Shown piece by piece: positions 10,365 through 19,797 of a DNA stretch of 64,000 nt. Both the position numbers and the translations under genes were made by a program. How positions within the stretch are numbered: position 1 is the first letter of the stretch; each line of letters starts with the position of its first letter. The stretch covers positions 2,752,001 through 2,816,000 of the forward strand of contig OZ242011.1 in assembly GCA_965204755.1 (NCBI GenBank), in the 5' to 3' direction. Under the pieces are notes generated by a model. The model saw only the letters and a program-made list of their open reading frames with translations, was not told where the DNA came from and ran no database searches. This DNA is from Candidatus Marinacidobacterium sp. (GTDB lineage: Bacteria; Acidobacteriota; Vicinamibacteria; Marinacidobacterales; Marinacidobacteraceae).

Positions 10365-11074
10365 TCCGCCCGGGCCTCGAACCGGTAGCCGGCGCCGCGG
10401 ACGGTCTGCAGGAGCGACGGTTCGCCCTCGGCGTCCACCTTCTGCCGGAGCCGGCGCACATAGACATCCACGCTGCGCGCGGTGATGGACCGGTCGCGGC
10501 CCCACACGCGGTCGAGGATCTGCTGCCGGGAGAAGACGCGGCCGGGATTCGACGCCAGGTGGTGCAGCAGCCGGAACTCGAGGTGGGTGATGGCGAGGTC
10601 GCGGTCGTCGCGCTGCACCCGGTGCGCCGCCGGATCTATCGTGAGTCCGCCGATGCGGAGGACTTCGTCCCCGCCCGCGCCGGCCGGCGCCGCCGCGTCC
10701 GCGCGGCCGGCGCGGCGGAGCACCGCGCCTACGCGGGCGACCAACTGCCGGGGGCTGAACGGTTTGGTGATGTAGTCGTCGGCGCCGAGTTCGATCCCGG
10801 TGATCACATCCACTTCCTCGCTCCGGGCGGTCAGCATGATCACCGGCAGCGAGGCGAGGGCCGGGTCGCTGCGCACCGCGCGGCAGACATCGAGGCCGCT
10901 GGTCTCCGGCAGCATCAGGTCGAGGATGAGCAGGTCGGGCGGCTCGCGCCGCAGTTCCTCCAGCCCGGCGTTGCCGCCGGCGGCGGCGGTCACCCGGTAG
11001 GACTCGCGCTCCAGGTTGAAGCGCAGGAGTTCGACGATGTCGGGGTCGTCTTCGATGATGAGGATGCGCTTCAT
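10361..11074 (-). CDS. phoB: OmpR-family response regulator, PhoB/PhoP-like
   Basis: ILIIEDD, LDLMLPE, MLTARSEE, GADDYITKPF, winged-helix RSVDVYVRRLR, TVRGAGY. Confidence 0.8.
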   Translation of the reverse strand: MKRILIIEDDPDIVELLRFNLERESYRVTAAAGGNAGLEELRREPPDLLILDLMLPETSGLDVCRAVRSDPALASLPVIMLTARSEEVDVITGIELGADDYITKPFSPRQLVARVGAVLRRAGRADAAAPAGAGGDEVLRIGGLTIDPAAHRVQRDDRDLAITHLEFRLLHHLASNPGRVFSRQQILDRVWGRDRSITARSVDVYVRRLRQKVDAEGEPSLLQTVRGAGYRFEARAD

Positions 11075-11527
11075 GACGGGTTTGCGACGGGTGCGCGGGC
11101 GGGGCGCGGCGGGCGACCGGAATCGTACGGAATTCCGGCGCGGCGCGCGAGACCGCGCAGGAGCGGGAACGCCCCCGCCGGGCGTCGACTTCCGGGCCGC
11201 CGCCGCGAGTCCGCGCCGGTCTCCGCTCCGGTCTCCGCCTGGGGCGGCGGCGCGGGGATTCCGACGGCTTCGCCCGACGAGAGCGCCCGTCGCGGGCCCG
11301 CGGGCCGCGCGGCCCGTGACCGCCGGCAGGGCGCCCGCGAGGAACGGCGGCGGGAACGGCGCTCGCCGTCGTCATCCTGCGTTAACCAACTTTTCGGCGG
11401 ATTGTTTTTCTCGTTTCAACACCGGGAAACCGCGCCGGAAACAGAATCCCCGCGCCGATGCCGGAACACCGACTCCGGGGCGGGGCGCCGCTCCCCGCGC
11501 TCCCCTCCCGCTCCCTTCGCCGGGCGT

Positions 11528-11562
11528 TTCTCCCGGTTCTCCCGGTTCTCCCGGTTCTCCCG
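11528..11562. repeat. 9-bp tandem repeat (TTCTCCCGG) x ~4 upstream of the TonB-dependent receptor
   Basis: ttctcccgg ttctcccgg ttctcccgg ttctcccg. Confidence 0.8.
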
Positions 11563-11592
11563 CGCCGCCGCCGCTTCGGCGAAACGCGTCCG

Positions 11593-14334
11593 ATGACGCC
11601 GCTGGCCCTCGCGTCCGCCGTCTCCCTCGCGTTCGCCATCTCCGCGGCCGCCGTCGGCGCGGCGCAGGAAACCGGAACGGTGGCCGGCGTCGTCCGCGAC
11701 GCGTTCAACGGGATGACGCTGCCGTCGGCGCCGGTCACCGTGGTTTCGACCGGCCGCACGGTCTTCACCGAGTTGGACGGCGGCTTCCGCGCGCGGGCGC
11801 CGGCCGGGCCGCAGGAGATCCGCGTCTCCTTCGGCGGCTACACCCCGCGCGTCCTGACCGTGGAAGTCGTCGCCGGCGAAACCGCGCGGATCGAAGTCGC
11901 GCTGGAGATGGAGCGGTTCACCGAAGAGGTCGTCGTCTCCGCCGAAGCGGTCGAAGCGGAACTCTTCACCGCCGAAGCGCAACTGGTGGAACGGCGGAAG
12001 GCGGCGACGATCACCGACAACTTGGCCTCCGAAGAGATGAAGGAGAACGCCGACTCGAACGCCGCGTCGGCGATGAAACGCGTCACCGGGCTCACCGTCG
12101 TGGACAACCAGTATGTGTTCGTCCGGGGCCTCGGCGAGCGCTACTCCAACACCACGCTGAACGGCGCGGTGCTGCCGACCACCGAGCCGGACAAGCGGGT
12201 GGTGCCGCTCGACCTCTTCCCCGCCGGCCTGCTCGAAAGCGTGTCCGTGGTCAAGTCCTACCTGCCGGACAAGCCGGCGGACTTCTCCGGCGGCCTGGTC
12301 GAAATCGACCCGCTCTCGTTCCCGAGCGAGCCGGTGCTCAGTTTCTCGATGTCGCAGGGAATGAACTCGCGCACCTCCTTCCGGGACGGTCTCGGCTATC
12401 CGGGCGGCGCCCGCGACTGGCTGGGGTACGACGACGGAACCCGCGGTCTGCCGGCGGGCATTCCGAACGAACGCGCGGTGCGCACCAGCCGGTTCACCAG
12501 CGCCGGCTTCACCCCCTCGGAACTCGAAGCCATGGGCGAGTCCTTCGCCAATGTGTGGTCGCCGGAGACGACGCCGATCCGGCAGAACCAGTCCTTCAGT
12601 TTCGTCGCCGGGAACAGTTGGGACCGGTTCGGGGCCATCGTGAGCGGCGCCTGGTCGGAGAGCCACCAGAACCAGGACGAACGGCGGACCTTCTACGCGG
12701 TTTCCGCCGGCGACCTCGAAGTCCAGAACGAGTACGACTTCGACACGACCACCTCCAAGACCTCGACCGGCCTGGTCGGGAACCTGGCCTACCGGTTCTC
12801 CGGCAACCACCGGCTCGCCCTCGAGAACTTCTACACCCACAACTCGAAGAACGAGGCGCGGATCTTCCAGGGCTACAACAACGATGTGGGCGAGGACATC
12901 CGGAACACCCGGCTGTTCTGGGTGGAGGAGACCATCTTCTCCAGCACGCTCTCCGGCGAGCACTTCCTGCCCGGGCTCGCTTCCAGCCAGTTGGAGTGGA
13001 AGGCCACGCTCTCCCGCGCCGCGCGGGACGAGCCCGACCTGCGCGAGACGCTCTACGAGTTCAACCCGGCGGTGGAGGGCTTCGTGCTCGCCGACGAGTC
13101 GCAGAGCGGCTTCCGGATGTTCAACGACCTCGACGACGAAGTGCGGGAGTTGGGTTTCGACTGGAGCGCGTTCTTCACCCAGTGGAGCGGCCTGCCGGCG
13201 ATGTTCAAGTTCGGCCCGAGCCTGACCCTGCGCGAGCGCAGTTTCAGTTCGCGGCGCTTCCGTCTCAACCCGCGCATCGCCGGCGCGGTGGACCTCACCG
13301 CCGCCCCGGAGGACATCTTCACGCCGGAGAACATCGGCGCCTCCTACGAACTCCGCGAGGAGACCCGGCCGACGGACGCCTACGGCGCGGAACAGACGGT
13401 CACCGCCGCCTACGGGATGCTCGACCTGCCGCTCGGCCGCAACCTGCGGGTCATCGGCGGCGTCCGGGTGGAGCGGTCCCGCCAGCAGGTGGACACCTTC
13501 GACCCGTTCTCCACCGCTTCCGAGACGATCACCGCCCGGCTCGAGGACACGGACCTCCTGCCCGGCGTGAACGCGGTGTACGCGCTCACCGACCGGACGA
13601 ACCTGCGGGCGAGTTACAGCCACACGGTGAACCGCCCCGAGTTCCGGGAACTGGCGCCGTTCGAGTTCACCGATGTGGTGGGCGGACGCGCGGTGGTCGG
13701 CAACCCGGACCTGCAGCGGGCGCTCATCCGGAACCTGGACCTGCGGTTCGAGACCTTCCCCGGCGTCGGCGAAGTGCTGGCCGCGAGCGTCTTCTACAAG
13801 GACTTCTCCAACCCGATCGAGCGGATCGTCGAGCCGACGGCGCAACTGCGGACCTCCTACACCAACGCGGTGGGCGCCCGGAACGCCGGGGTGGAAATCG
13901 AGAGCCGCCGGCAGTTCGGCCGGTGGACCGGTTCCGCGAACTACACCTATGTGGATTCGCGGATCGAACTCGAGTCCGCCTCCGGTCAGGTGCAGACCCG
14001 CCTCGCCCGCCCGCTCGCCGGGCAGTCGGCGCATGTCTTCAACCTGAGCGCCGACCTCGACCTGCCGGAGATCGGCGGCAGTCTCCGGGTCCTCTACAAC
14101 TACTTCGGCGACCGGATCGTGGATGTGGGCTCCCTGGGTATGCCCGACATCTACGAAGAGGGCCGGGGCGCGCTGGACGCGGTGTTCTCCAAGCGGTTCG
14201 CTTCGTGGAGCCTCCGAGCCTCGTTCGACAACCTGCTGGACAGCGAGCACCGCTTCACCCAGGGCGGGAAGGCGCAGCGGACTTTCGGCCTCGGCCGGTC
14301 GTTCTCGCTCAGCGTCTCCTACTCGATTCGCTGA
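11593..14334 (+). CDS. TonB-dependent outer-membrane receptor
   Basis: Signal peptide, N-terminal carboxypeptidase-like domain, plug (VRGLGERYS...DLFP), NRPEFRELAPF, GNPDL, beta-barrel C-terminus SLSVSYSIR. Confidence 0.9.
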   Translation: MTPLALASAVSLAFAISAAAVGAAQETGTVAGVVRDAFNGMTLPSAPVTVVSTGRTVFTELDGGFRARAPAGPQEIRVSFGGYTPRVLTVEVVAGETARIEVALEMERFTEEVVVSAEAVEAELFTAEAQLVERRKAATITDNLASEEMKENADSNAASAMKRVTGLTVVDNQYVFVRGLGERYSNTTLNGAVLPTTEPDKRVVPLDLFPAGLLESVSVVKSYLPDKPADFSGGLVEIDPLSFPSEPVLSFSMSQGMNSRTSFRDGLGYPGGARDWLGYDDGTRGLPAGIPNERAVRTSRFTSAGFTPSELEAMGESFANVWSPETTPIRQNQSFSFVAGNSWDRFGAIVSGAWSESHQNQDERRTFYAVSAGDLEVQNEYDFDTTTSKTSTGLVGNLAYRFSGNHRLALENFYTHNSKNEARIFQGYNNDVGEDIRNTRLFWVEETIFSSTLSGEHFLPGLASSQLEWKATLSRAARDEPDLRETLYEFNPAVEGFVLADESQSGFRMFNDLDDEVRELGFDWSAFFTQWSGLPAMFKFGPSLTLRERSFSSRRFRLNPRIAGAVDLTAAPEDIFTPENIGASYELREETRPTDAYGAEQTVTAAYGMLDLPLGRNLRVIGGVRVERSRQQVDTFDPFSTASETITARLEDTDLLPGVNAVYALTDRTNLRASYSHTVNRPEFRELAPFEFTDVVGGRAVVGNPDLQRALIRNLDLRFETFPGVGEVLAASVFYKDFSNPIERIVEPTAQLRTSYTNAVGARNAGVEIESRRQFGRWTGSANYTYVDSRIELESASGQVQTRLARPLAGQSAHVFNLSADLDLPEIGGSLRVLYNYFGDRIVDVGSLGMPDIYEEGRGALDAVFSKRFASWSLRASFDNLLDSEHRFTQGGKAQRTFGLGRSFSLSVSYSIR

Positions 14335-14383
14335 GTTCGTCGGCTCCGTCCGCCCGCCCGCACAAGAAGGGGACCTTCCACGA

Positions 14384-15730
14384 ATGCGCAAGCAGCGACG
14401 GACCGCCGCCGCCCTCTCGCTCCCGCTCGTCGGGCTTCTCTCCGCAGCCTCGTGCGGCGACAACGACCCGGCCGTCACGCCGACCCCCGCTCCGGGCGCT
14501 CCGGGCCCGACGGACCCGAACGGGCCGCTCACCGTCCGGGGAACGATCGAAGCGGACACCACCTGGACCGCGGCCCGCGAAGTCCTGCTCGAGGGCGCGG
14601 TCTTCGTGGCCTCCGGGGCGACGCTCACCATCGAGCCCGGAACGAGGATCTACGGCAGCAGCGCGTCGAACGGCGCGCTGATCGTGAGCCGCGGCGGCCG
14701 CATCATGGCCGAAGGCACGCGCGAGAACCCGATCGTGATGACCAGCGACCAGCCCGACGGGGATCGCGCCCGCGGCGACTGGGGCGGCCTCATCATCAAC
14801 GGCGCGGCGCCGCTCAACATCCCCGGCGGAACCGCCGAGGGCGAAGGCGACACCGGGGAGTACGGCGGGACGAACGCGGACGACGACAGCGGCTCGCTCC
14901 GCTATGTGCGGGTGGAGTTCGCCGGCAGCGAGTTCAGCCCGGACAACGAACTGAACGGCATCGCGTTCCAGGGCGTCGGGCGCCGGACCGAAGTGGATTT
15001 CGTCCAGGTGCACTTCAACAAGGACGACGGCGTCGAGTTCTTCGGCGGGACGGTGAACGCGAAGCATGTGCTCTGCACCGGCATCGCCGACGACAGTTTC
15101 GACTGGACCGACGGTTGGACCGGCAAGGGCCAGTTCTGGATCGCCCAACAGCGCGGCGACGACGCCGACCAGGGCATCGAAGCGGACAACAACGGCGAGA
15201 ACAACGACCTCACGCCGCGCTCCGACCCGACGCTCTTCAACCTCACCCTCATCGGCGACCCGGACACCGACGAGGGCGACGAGAGCGACATCGGCATCCT
15301 CCTCCGCGAAGGCACCGCGGCGACGATCCGGAACAGCATCGTGATGGGTTTCAAGGACTACGGGCTGGATGTGGACAACGCCGCGACTTACCGGAACCTG
15401 GTCGACGGCGCCATCGCGGTGACGAACTCGATCTTCTTCGGGAACGCGCGGGGCGCCTTCGACGACGACTCCGGCGAACCGGAAACGCCGCCGATCACCA
15501 CCGCGGCGTTCGCGGCGACGCAGGAGGGCCTCCTCACCGACGACCCGATGCTCGGCGACCCCTACGACCACGCCGACCTCGACTGCAACCCGGCCGCCGG
15601 TTCGCCGGCGCTGACGGCGCGCGCCGCCACGCCGCCGAACGACGGCTTCTTCGAGCCGGCGAACTACCTCGGCGCCTGCGACGAGGACGACGACTGGTAC
15701 CGCGACTGGACGACCTTCGCCCGGAATTGA
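14384..15730 (+). CDS. Lipoprotein, Asp/Gly-rich predicted beta-helix, TBDR-associated
   Basis: Lipobox AASC; TLTIEPGT, PIVMTS, GDWGGLIING, YVRVEFAG, DDGVEFFGG, DDSFDWTDGW motifs. Confidence 0.75.
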   Translation: MRKQRRTAAALSLPLVGLLSAASCGDNDPAVTPTPAPGAPGPTDPNGPLTVRGTIEADTTWTAAREVLLEGAVFVASGATLTIEPGTRIYGSSASNGALIVSRGGRIMAEGTRENPIVMTSDQPDGDRARGDWGGLIINGAAPLNIPGGTAEGEGDTGEYGGTNADDDSGSLRYVRVEFAGSEFSPDNELNGIAFQGVGRRTEVDFVQVHFNKDDGVEFFGGTVNAKHVLCTGIADDSFDWTDGWTGKGQFWIAQQRGDDADQGIEADNNGENNDLTPRSDPTLFNLTLIGDPDTDEGDESDIGILLREGTAATIRNSIVMGFKDYGLDVDNAATYRNLVDGAIAVTNSIFFGNARGAFDDDSGEPETPPITTAAFAATQEGLLTDDPMLGDPYDHADLDCNPAAGSPALTARAATPPNDGFFEPANYLGACDEDDDWYRDWTTFARN

Positions 15731-15765
15731 GTCGCGGTCCCGAGCCGCCGCCGCGGGAGACGATC

Positions 15766-16362
15766 GTGAGGAAGACGCCGCCCCGCCGCGGCCGCGCGGG
15801 GAGGCGTCCCGGTCTCTTCGCGGCGGCGGCGCTCGGCCTCCTGCTCGCCGCCTCCTGCGGCGGCGGCCCGTCGGACGAGGCCCGCGCCGCCACGGACCTC
15901 CGCCCGGCCGCCTCGGCGGCCGACCCGCCGACGCCGCTCCCCGGCTCGGCGGGAACGCCGCAAGCGACCGCGCGGCTGGCCCTCGAACGGATCGCCGCCG
16001 GCGACCGGGAAGGACTGCTGGCCCTGGCGCTCACCGAAGCGGAGTTCCGCGAAGTGGTGTACCCGGAACTCCCCGCGAGCCGCCCGGAACGCAATACCTC
16101 CGCCGACTACCTCTGGCGCGGCCTCCGCCAGAAGAGCGAGAACGCGCTCGCGTCCACCCTCGACCGCCACGCCGGCCCCCCGCTGGAACTCCTCGCCGTG
16201 GACTTCCTCGGCGAAACCACCGACTACGGGACTTACCGCGTGCACCGCAGGACCGCCCTCACCGTCCGCGCGCCGGACGGAGGGAAGACGGTCGTCCGCG
16301 TCTTCGGCTCGATGATCGAACGCGGCGGCGAATACAAGATCTTCAGTTTCGTCACCGACTGA
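15766..16362 (+). CDS. Hypothetical lipoprotein
   Basis: GTG start, LLLAASC lipobox, globular-looking C-terminus ending YKIFSFVTD. Confidence 0.6.
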   Translation: MRKTPPRRGRAGRRPGLFAAAALGLLLAASCGGGPSDEARAATDLRPAASAADPPTPLPGSAGTPQATARLALERIAAGDREGLLALALTEAEFREVVYPELPASRPERNTSADYLWRGLRQKSENALASTLDRHAGPPLELLAVDFLGETTDYGTYRVHRRTALTVRAPDGGKTVVRVFGSMIERGGEYKIFSFVTD

Positions 16363-16429
16363 CTTCCGTCGGGTCGGCGCGGGCGCGCGGCCCGAACCTC
16401 GGCAGCGGGCGTCGCCGCCGACGGGGAGC

Positions 16430-18106
16430 CTACGCCGAAGTATCCGTCGCCGTCCGTCCGAACGCCCGGCAGATGGCGTCGAGTTTCTCGATCACCTCCG
16501 GGTGGACCTCTTCCGGCCGCATGAGCGCGGCGATCTCGTGGTAGCGGGTATGGGGAAGGTCGTGGATGTCGGCGGCGGCGAGGAGCGTCGGCAGCCGTTC
16601 CGCTCGAGCGCTCGCCGTGACGATGGGGTCGTCGTCGTGCGGATTTCGGGACAGGGCGGGGGGAACGGCATCGCGCCACTCGGCGCGCAGACCCTCGACC
16701 GCCGGTTGCGCCGCGTCGGCTCCCGCGGCGGCCTCCACGAAGCGGGCGAGCGCATCCGGATGAAACAGGTAACTCTCGATTTCGCAGCGCCGCCAGCGCA
16801 GCCGCTGCAGTCCCGTCCCGGAGATCGGGGTTTCCGGCATATCCGGTCGGGCGTCGCCGTCGAGGAGTTCCAGGCCGGGGAGACCGGGGCGGGCCAACAC
16901 CAGCGCTTCATAGTGGGCCTCGGCCCGGATACCCGGGCGGCCTTCCTCCGGCCGGACGGCCATCGGCTTCCAGAGCAGTTCCCTGTCGAGCAGCGACTGC
17001 GCCGGATGGGCGAGCACCCGCGCCCAGGCGCGGAGGATGTCCCGGTCGGCGGGGTCCTCGACATACAGCACGCCGCGGCAATTCGCGGTGAGCATGATCT
17101 CCAGGTTCGACCGGAGGTCGGGCGTTACGCCGACCCGGTTCCGCTCGGTCGAATCGGCCGCCATCCGCGGCCGGTCGGACAGGACCAGGAGTTCCCGCGG
17201 ATCCAAGGCGTTGATCAGCGTCTCGGAGTGGGTCGCCGCGATGATCTGTGACCCGGTTCGGAGCGCGGCCACCCGAAGTTCGCGCCAGAGGACATCCAGC
17301 AGGCCGACATGCAGGTGGGCATCGGGTTCGTCGAGGAGCAGGACCGCGGTCCGTTGTCCGAACAGCAGGGCGAACAGCATCACGACCTGGCGAAAGCCGA
17401 CGCCCGCGGACGACAGGTCGAAACGCGGACCTCCGTGGACCGGTTCGTATTCCGCGTAGAGGAACGGCCGGTTGACGACGGGTGGCAGGAGGCGGTAACC
17501 GAACAACCTGCCGACGACTTCCTGGAGCGAACTCCAGGCGGAGTCGTCGCGATGGGTCGCGGCGAGAAGACTGCGAAGCACCTGCCCGGAATTCCCCGTC
17601 GCGAAGACCTGCTCTACGGCCGCCGGCTGGAGGTAACGCTCGCGCATCTCCACTCCGGTCATCGCGGGAAGGAACGCCACGGGGAAATCGAGGCGTCGCA
17701 GGAGTTCGCTGTCGGCGTCACGCCGCGGCCGTACGGAGACTCGATGGGTGGCGTCCCAATGGAATTCCATCGCCACCGTCCAGCCGTCGCGGTGGCCGAT
17801 CTCGATCTCGACCTCGGCCCGGTACTTCCCGTCCGTCCAGAGTTGGTGGAAAGTCAGCAGCGGGACCGGAGGGAAGCCCAGCCAACTGATCGGCGCCTTC
17901 GCGAAGCCCTTGCGGAGTTCGAAGTCGTCGAGGCATCGCCACTCGCGAAGCGCGAACGCCCACGCGGCGATGGCCTGGAGCACCGTCGTCTTCCCGCTGT
18001 CGTTCGGCCCGGCGAGGACGACCGATCCGGGGACGACCGACCCGGGAAAGCGGAACTCCCGGTCCTCGAAGCGCTTGAAGCCGCGGACGCGAAGCCTCTC
18101 GATCAT
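16430..18106 (-). CDS. ABC/SMC-like AAA ATPase with C-terminal TOPRIM-like region (OLD-like)
   Basis: MIERLRVRGFKRF, Walker A GPNDSGKT, Walker B LLLDEPDAHLH, ATHS, then LYVED..D and LLDGD. Confidence 0.7.
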   Translation of the reverse strand: MIERLRVRGFKRFEDREFRFPGSVVPGSVVLAGPNDSGKTTVLQAIAAWAFALREWRCLDDFELRKGFAKAPISWLGFPPVPLLTFHQLWTDGKYRAEVEIEIGHRDGWTVAMEFHWDATHRVSVRPRRDADSELLRRLDFPVAFLPAMTGVEMRERYLQPAAVEQVFATGNSGQVLRSLLAATHRDDSAWSSLQEVVGRLFGYRLLPPVVNRPFLYAEYEPVHGGPRFDLSSAGVGFRQVVMLFALLFGQRTAVLLLDEPDAHLHVGLLDVLWRELRVAALRTGSQIIAATHSETLINALDPRELLVLSDRPRMAADSTERNRVGVTPDLRSNLEIMLTANCRGVLYVEDPADRDILRAWARVLAHPAQSLLDRELLWKPMAVRPEEGRPGIRAEAHYEALVLARPGLPGLELLDGDARPDMPETPISGTGLQRLRWRRCEIESYLFHPDALARFVEAAAGADAAQPAVEGLRAEWRDAVPPALSRNPHDDDPIVTASARAERLPTLLAAADIHDLPHTRYHEIAALMRPEEVHPEVIEKLDAICRAFGRTATDTSA

Positions 18107-18120
18107 TCCCCCGCTCCGGG

Positions 18121-19671
18121 TCAGGCGCCGGCGGTGACGGTCTCCGGGGCTGACGACAGGTGGAGCCCGATGCCCGCGGCGGCGAGTTGGCGGGCTTCCT
18201 CCGCGAGGCCGGCGGCGGTCAGCGGGTGGTGTTCGAGCCAGCCCGCCGGGAAGGCGAGTTCCAGCGCCCCGTCCCGCGCGGACGCGGCGATCCGGGGCAG
18301 GGGTTCGCGGCTGCGGCGGCGGCAGAGGAGGACGGCGATCCGGAGGATGGCCGCCAGCCGGGCCACGGTTTCCGCGTCCGCCGCCGTCAGGTTCTCGAAC
18401 CGCTCGGGGCGCAGCCGCTGGCGATGCGTCTCGATGAGCGCGGCCAGCAGTTCCTGGTCGTCGCGGGAGAAGCCGGGCATCTCCGAGTTGCGGACGATGT
18501 AGGCGCCGTGGCGGTGGTGGCCGGTGAACGAGAGGGAGAGCCCGATCTCGTGGAGCGCCGCCGACCACCGGAGGAAACTCCGGTTCGACTCCGCTTCGAG
18601 GCCCCAGGCCGGCGCGAGTTGCTCCAGCCCGGCGAGCGCGGCCCCGGTGACCCGCTCCGCCTGCTCCGCATCCACCCGGTATTGCGACTTGAGGCTCTCG
18701 ATGGTCGCTTCGCGGACATCCTGCTTCCGCCGGCGGCCGATGAGGTCGGCGAGGACGCCCTCCCGGAGCGCGCCTTCCGCCGCGCGCAGTTCGTCGAGGT
18801 CGAGCGCCTTCATCGCGGCCCGGAGGATGGCCACCCCGCCGGGGAAGTCCCAGGCGCGGTCCGCCGGGAAACCGGGGATCGCCGCCGCGCCTTCGAGGGC
18901 GCCTTCGATGCTGCCGGCGGCGATCATCCGGTCGCGCAGCCGCTTGAGCCCGGGGCGGGTGATCCCGCCTTCGGCGCGGAGGAGTTCCGCCGCCGCCCGG
19001 ATCGTCCCCGACGAGCCGCGGGCGGCTCTCCAGCCCAGCCGGAAGAAGTCCTCCTCGACGGTCTGCAGTTCCCGCCGCGCCTCGGTTTCCGCCGCTGCGA
19101 AGGCGCCGCGGGTGAGGGCGCCGCCGGGGAAGAAGCGGCGGGTGAAGGAGACGCAGCCCATGTAGAGGCTCGCCGCGTGGAGGGCGTCGGCGCCCCGGCC
19201 GATGACCAGTTCGGTGCTGCCGCCGCCGATGTCCAGGACCAGCCGCCGGTCGCGGCCCTCCGGGAGCGAGGCGGCGACGCCGAGGTAGATGAGCCGCGCT
19301 TCCTCCGCGCCGGAGATGACCTCCACCCGCCGGCCGAGCGCCTTCGACGCGGCCCGCACCACCGCCTTGCGGTCGCGCAACTGGCGGAAGGTGTTCGTGG
19401 CGACCGCCCGCACGTTCCCCTCCGGCAGGCCGCGCAGGCGCTCGCCCATCCGCGCCAGCGCGCCGAGCGCCCGCTCCCGGAAGGCGGGGTCGAGGCGCTT
19501 CTGCCGGAGGCCGGCGGCGAGGCGCACCGGCTCCTGGACGCGGTCCACCACCTCGATGTTCTCGCCGTGGACGCGGGCGACGGTGAGGTGGAAACTGCGC
19601 GAACCGAGGTCCACGGCGGCGTAGAGCCCCTCCGGGGCCGGACGCTCCGTCGGCGCGGTTTCGGACTCCAC
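18121..19671 (-). CDS. ppx: Exopolyphosphatase Ppx/GppA
   Basis: AAVDLGSRSFHL, ISGAEEARLIYLGV, DIGGGSTEL, ALREGV, HD-like LHEIG. Confidence 0.92.
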   Translation of the reverse strand: MESETAPTERPAPEGLYAAVDLGSRSFHLTVARVHGENIEVVDRVQEPVRLAAGLRQKRLDPAFRERALGALARMGERLRGLPEGNVRAVATNTFRQLRDRKAVVRAASKALGRRVEVISGAEEARLIYLGVAASLPEGRDRRLVLDIGGGSTELVIGRGADALHAASLYMGCVSFTRRFFPGGALTRGAFAAAETEARRELQTVEEDFFRLGWRAARGSSGTIRAAAELLRAEGGITRPGLKRLRDRMIAAGSIEGALEGAAAIPGFPADRAWDFPGGVAILRAAMKALDLDELRAAEGALREGVLADLIGRRRKQDVREATIESLKSQYRVDAEQAERVTGAALAGLEQLAPAWGLEAESNRSFLRWSAALHEIGLSLSFTGHHRHGAYIVRNSEMPGFSRDDQELLAALIETHRQRLRPERFENLTAADAETVARLAAILRIAVLLCRRRSREPLPRIAASARDGALELAFPAGWLEHHPLTAAGLAEEARQLAAAGIGLHLSSAPETVTAGA

Positions 19672-19743
19672 GGCGCGGGGAGGCTACTTCGCCGGCCGGT
19701 GGCCGAGTCCCGGAACCCGGCGTCCGGCCGATGCCGCTCTTCG

Positions 19744-19795
19744 GTCTATCGCTAAACACTGTTTTACAAATGGACGGCCATTCGTAAAAATAGAC
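19744..19795. promoter_or_regulatory. AT-rich inverted repeat, candidate operator/promoter between divergent ppx and AAA-DUF4143 genes
   Basis: GTCTAT...TTTTACAAATGG acgg CCATTCGTAAAA ATAGAC in an otherwise very GC-rich background. Confidence 0.5.
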
Positions 19796-19797
19796 TC

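Noticed and set aside
11016-14681. Large Arg/Pro/Gly-rich alternative-frame and antisense ORFs (also 7440-10388, 30591-34820, 40372-43422, 47382-50414)
   Set aside because: Shadow ORFs of high-GC coding regions; overlapping frames carry the recognisable proteins
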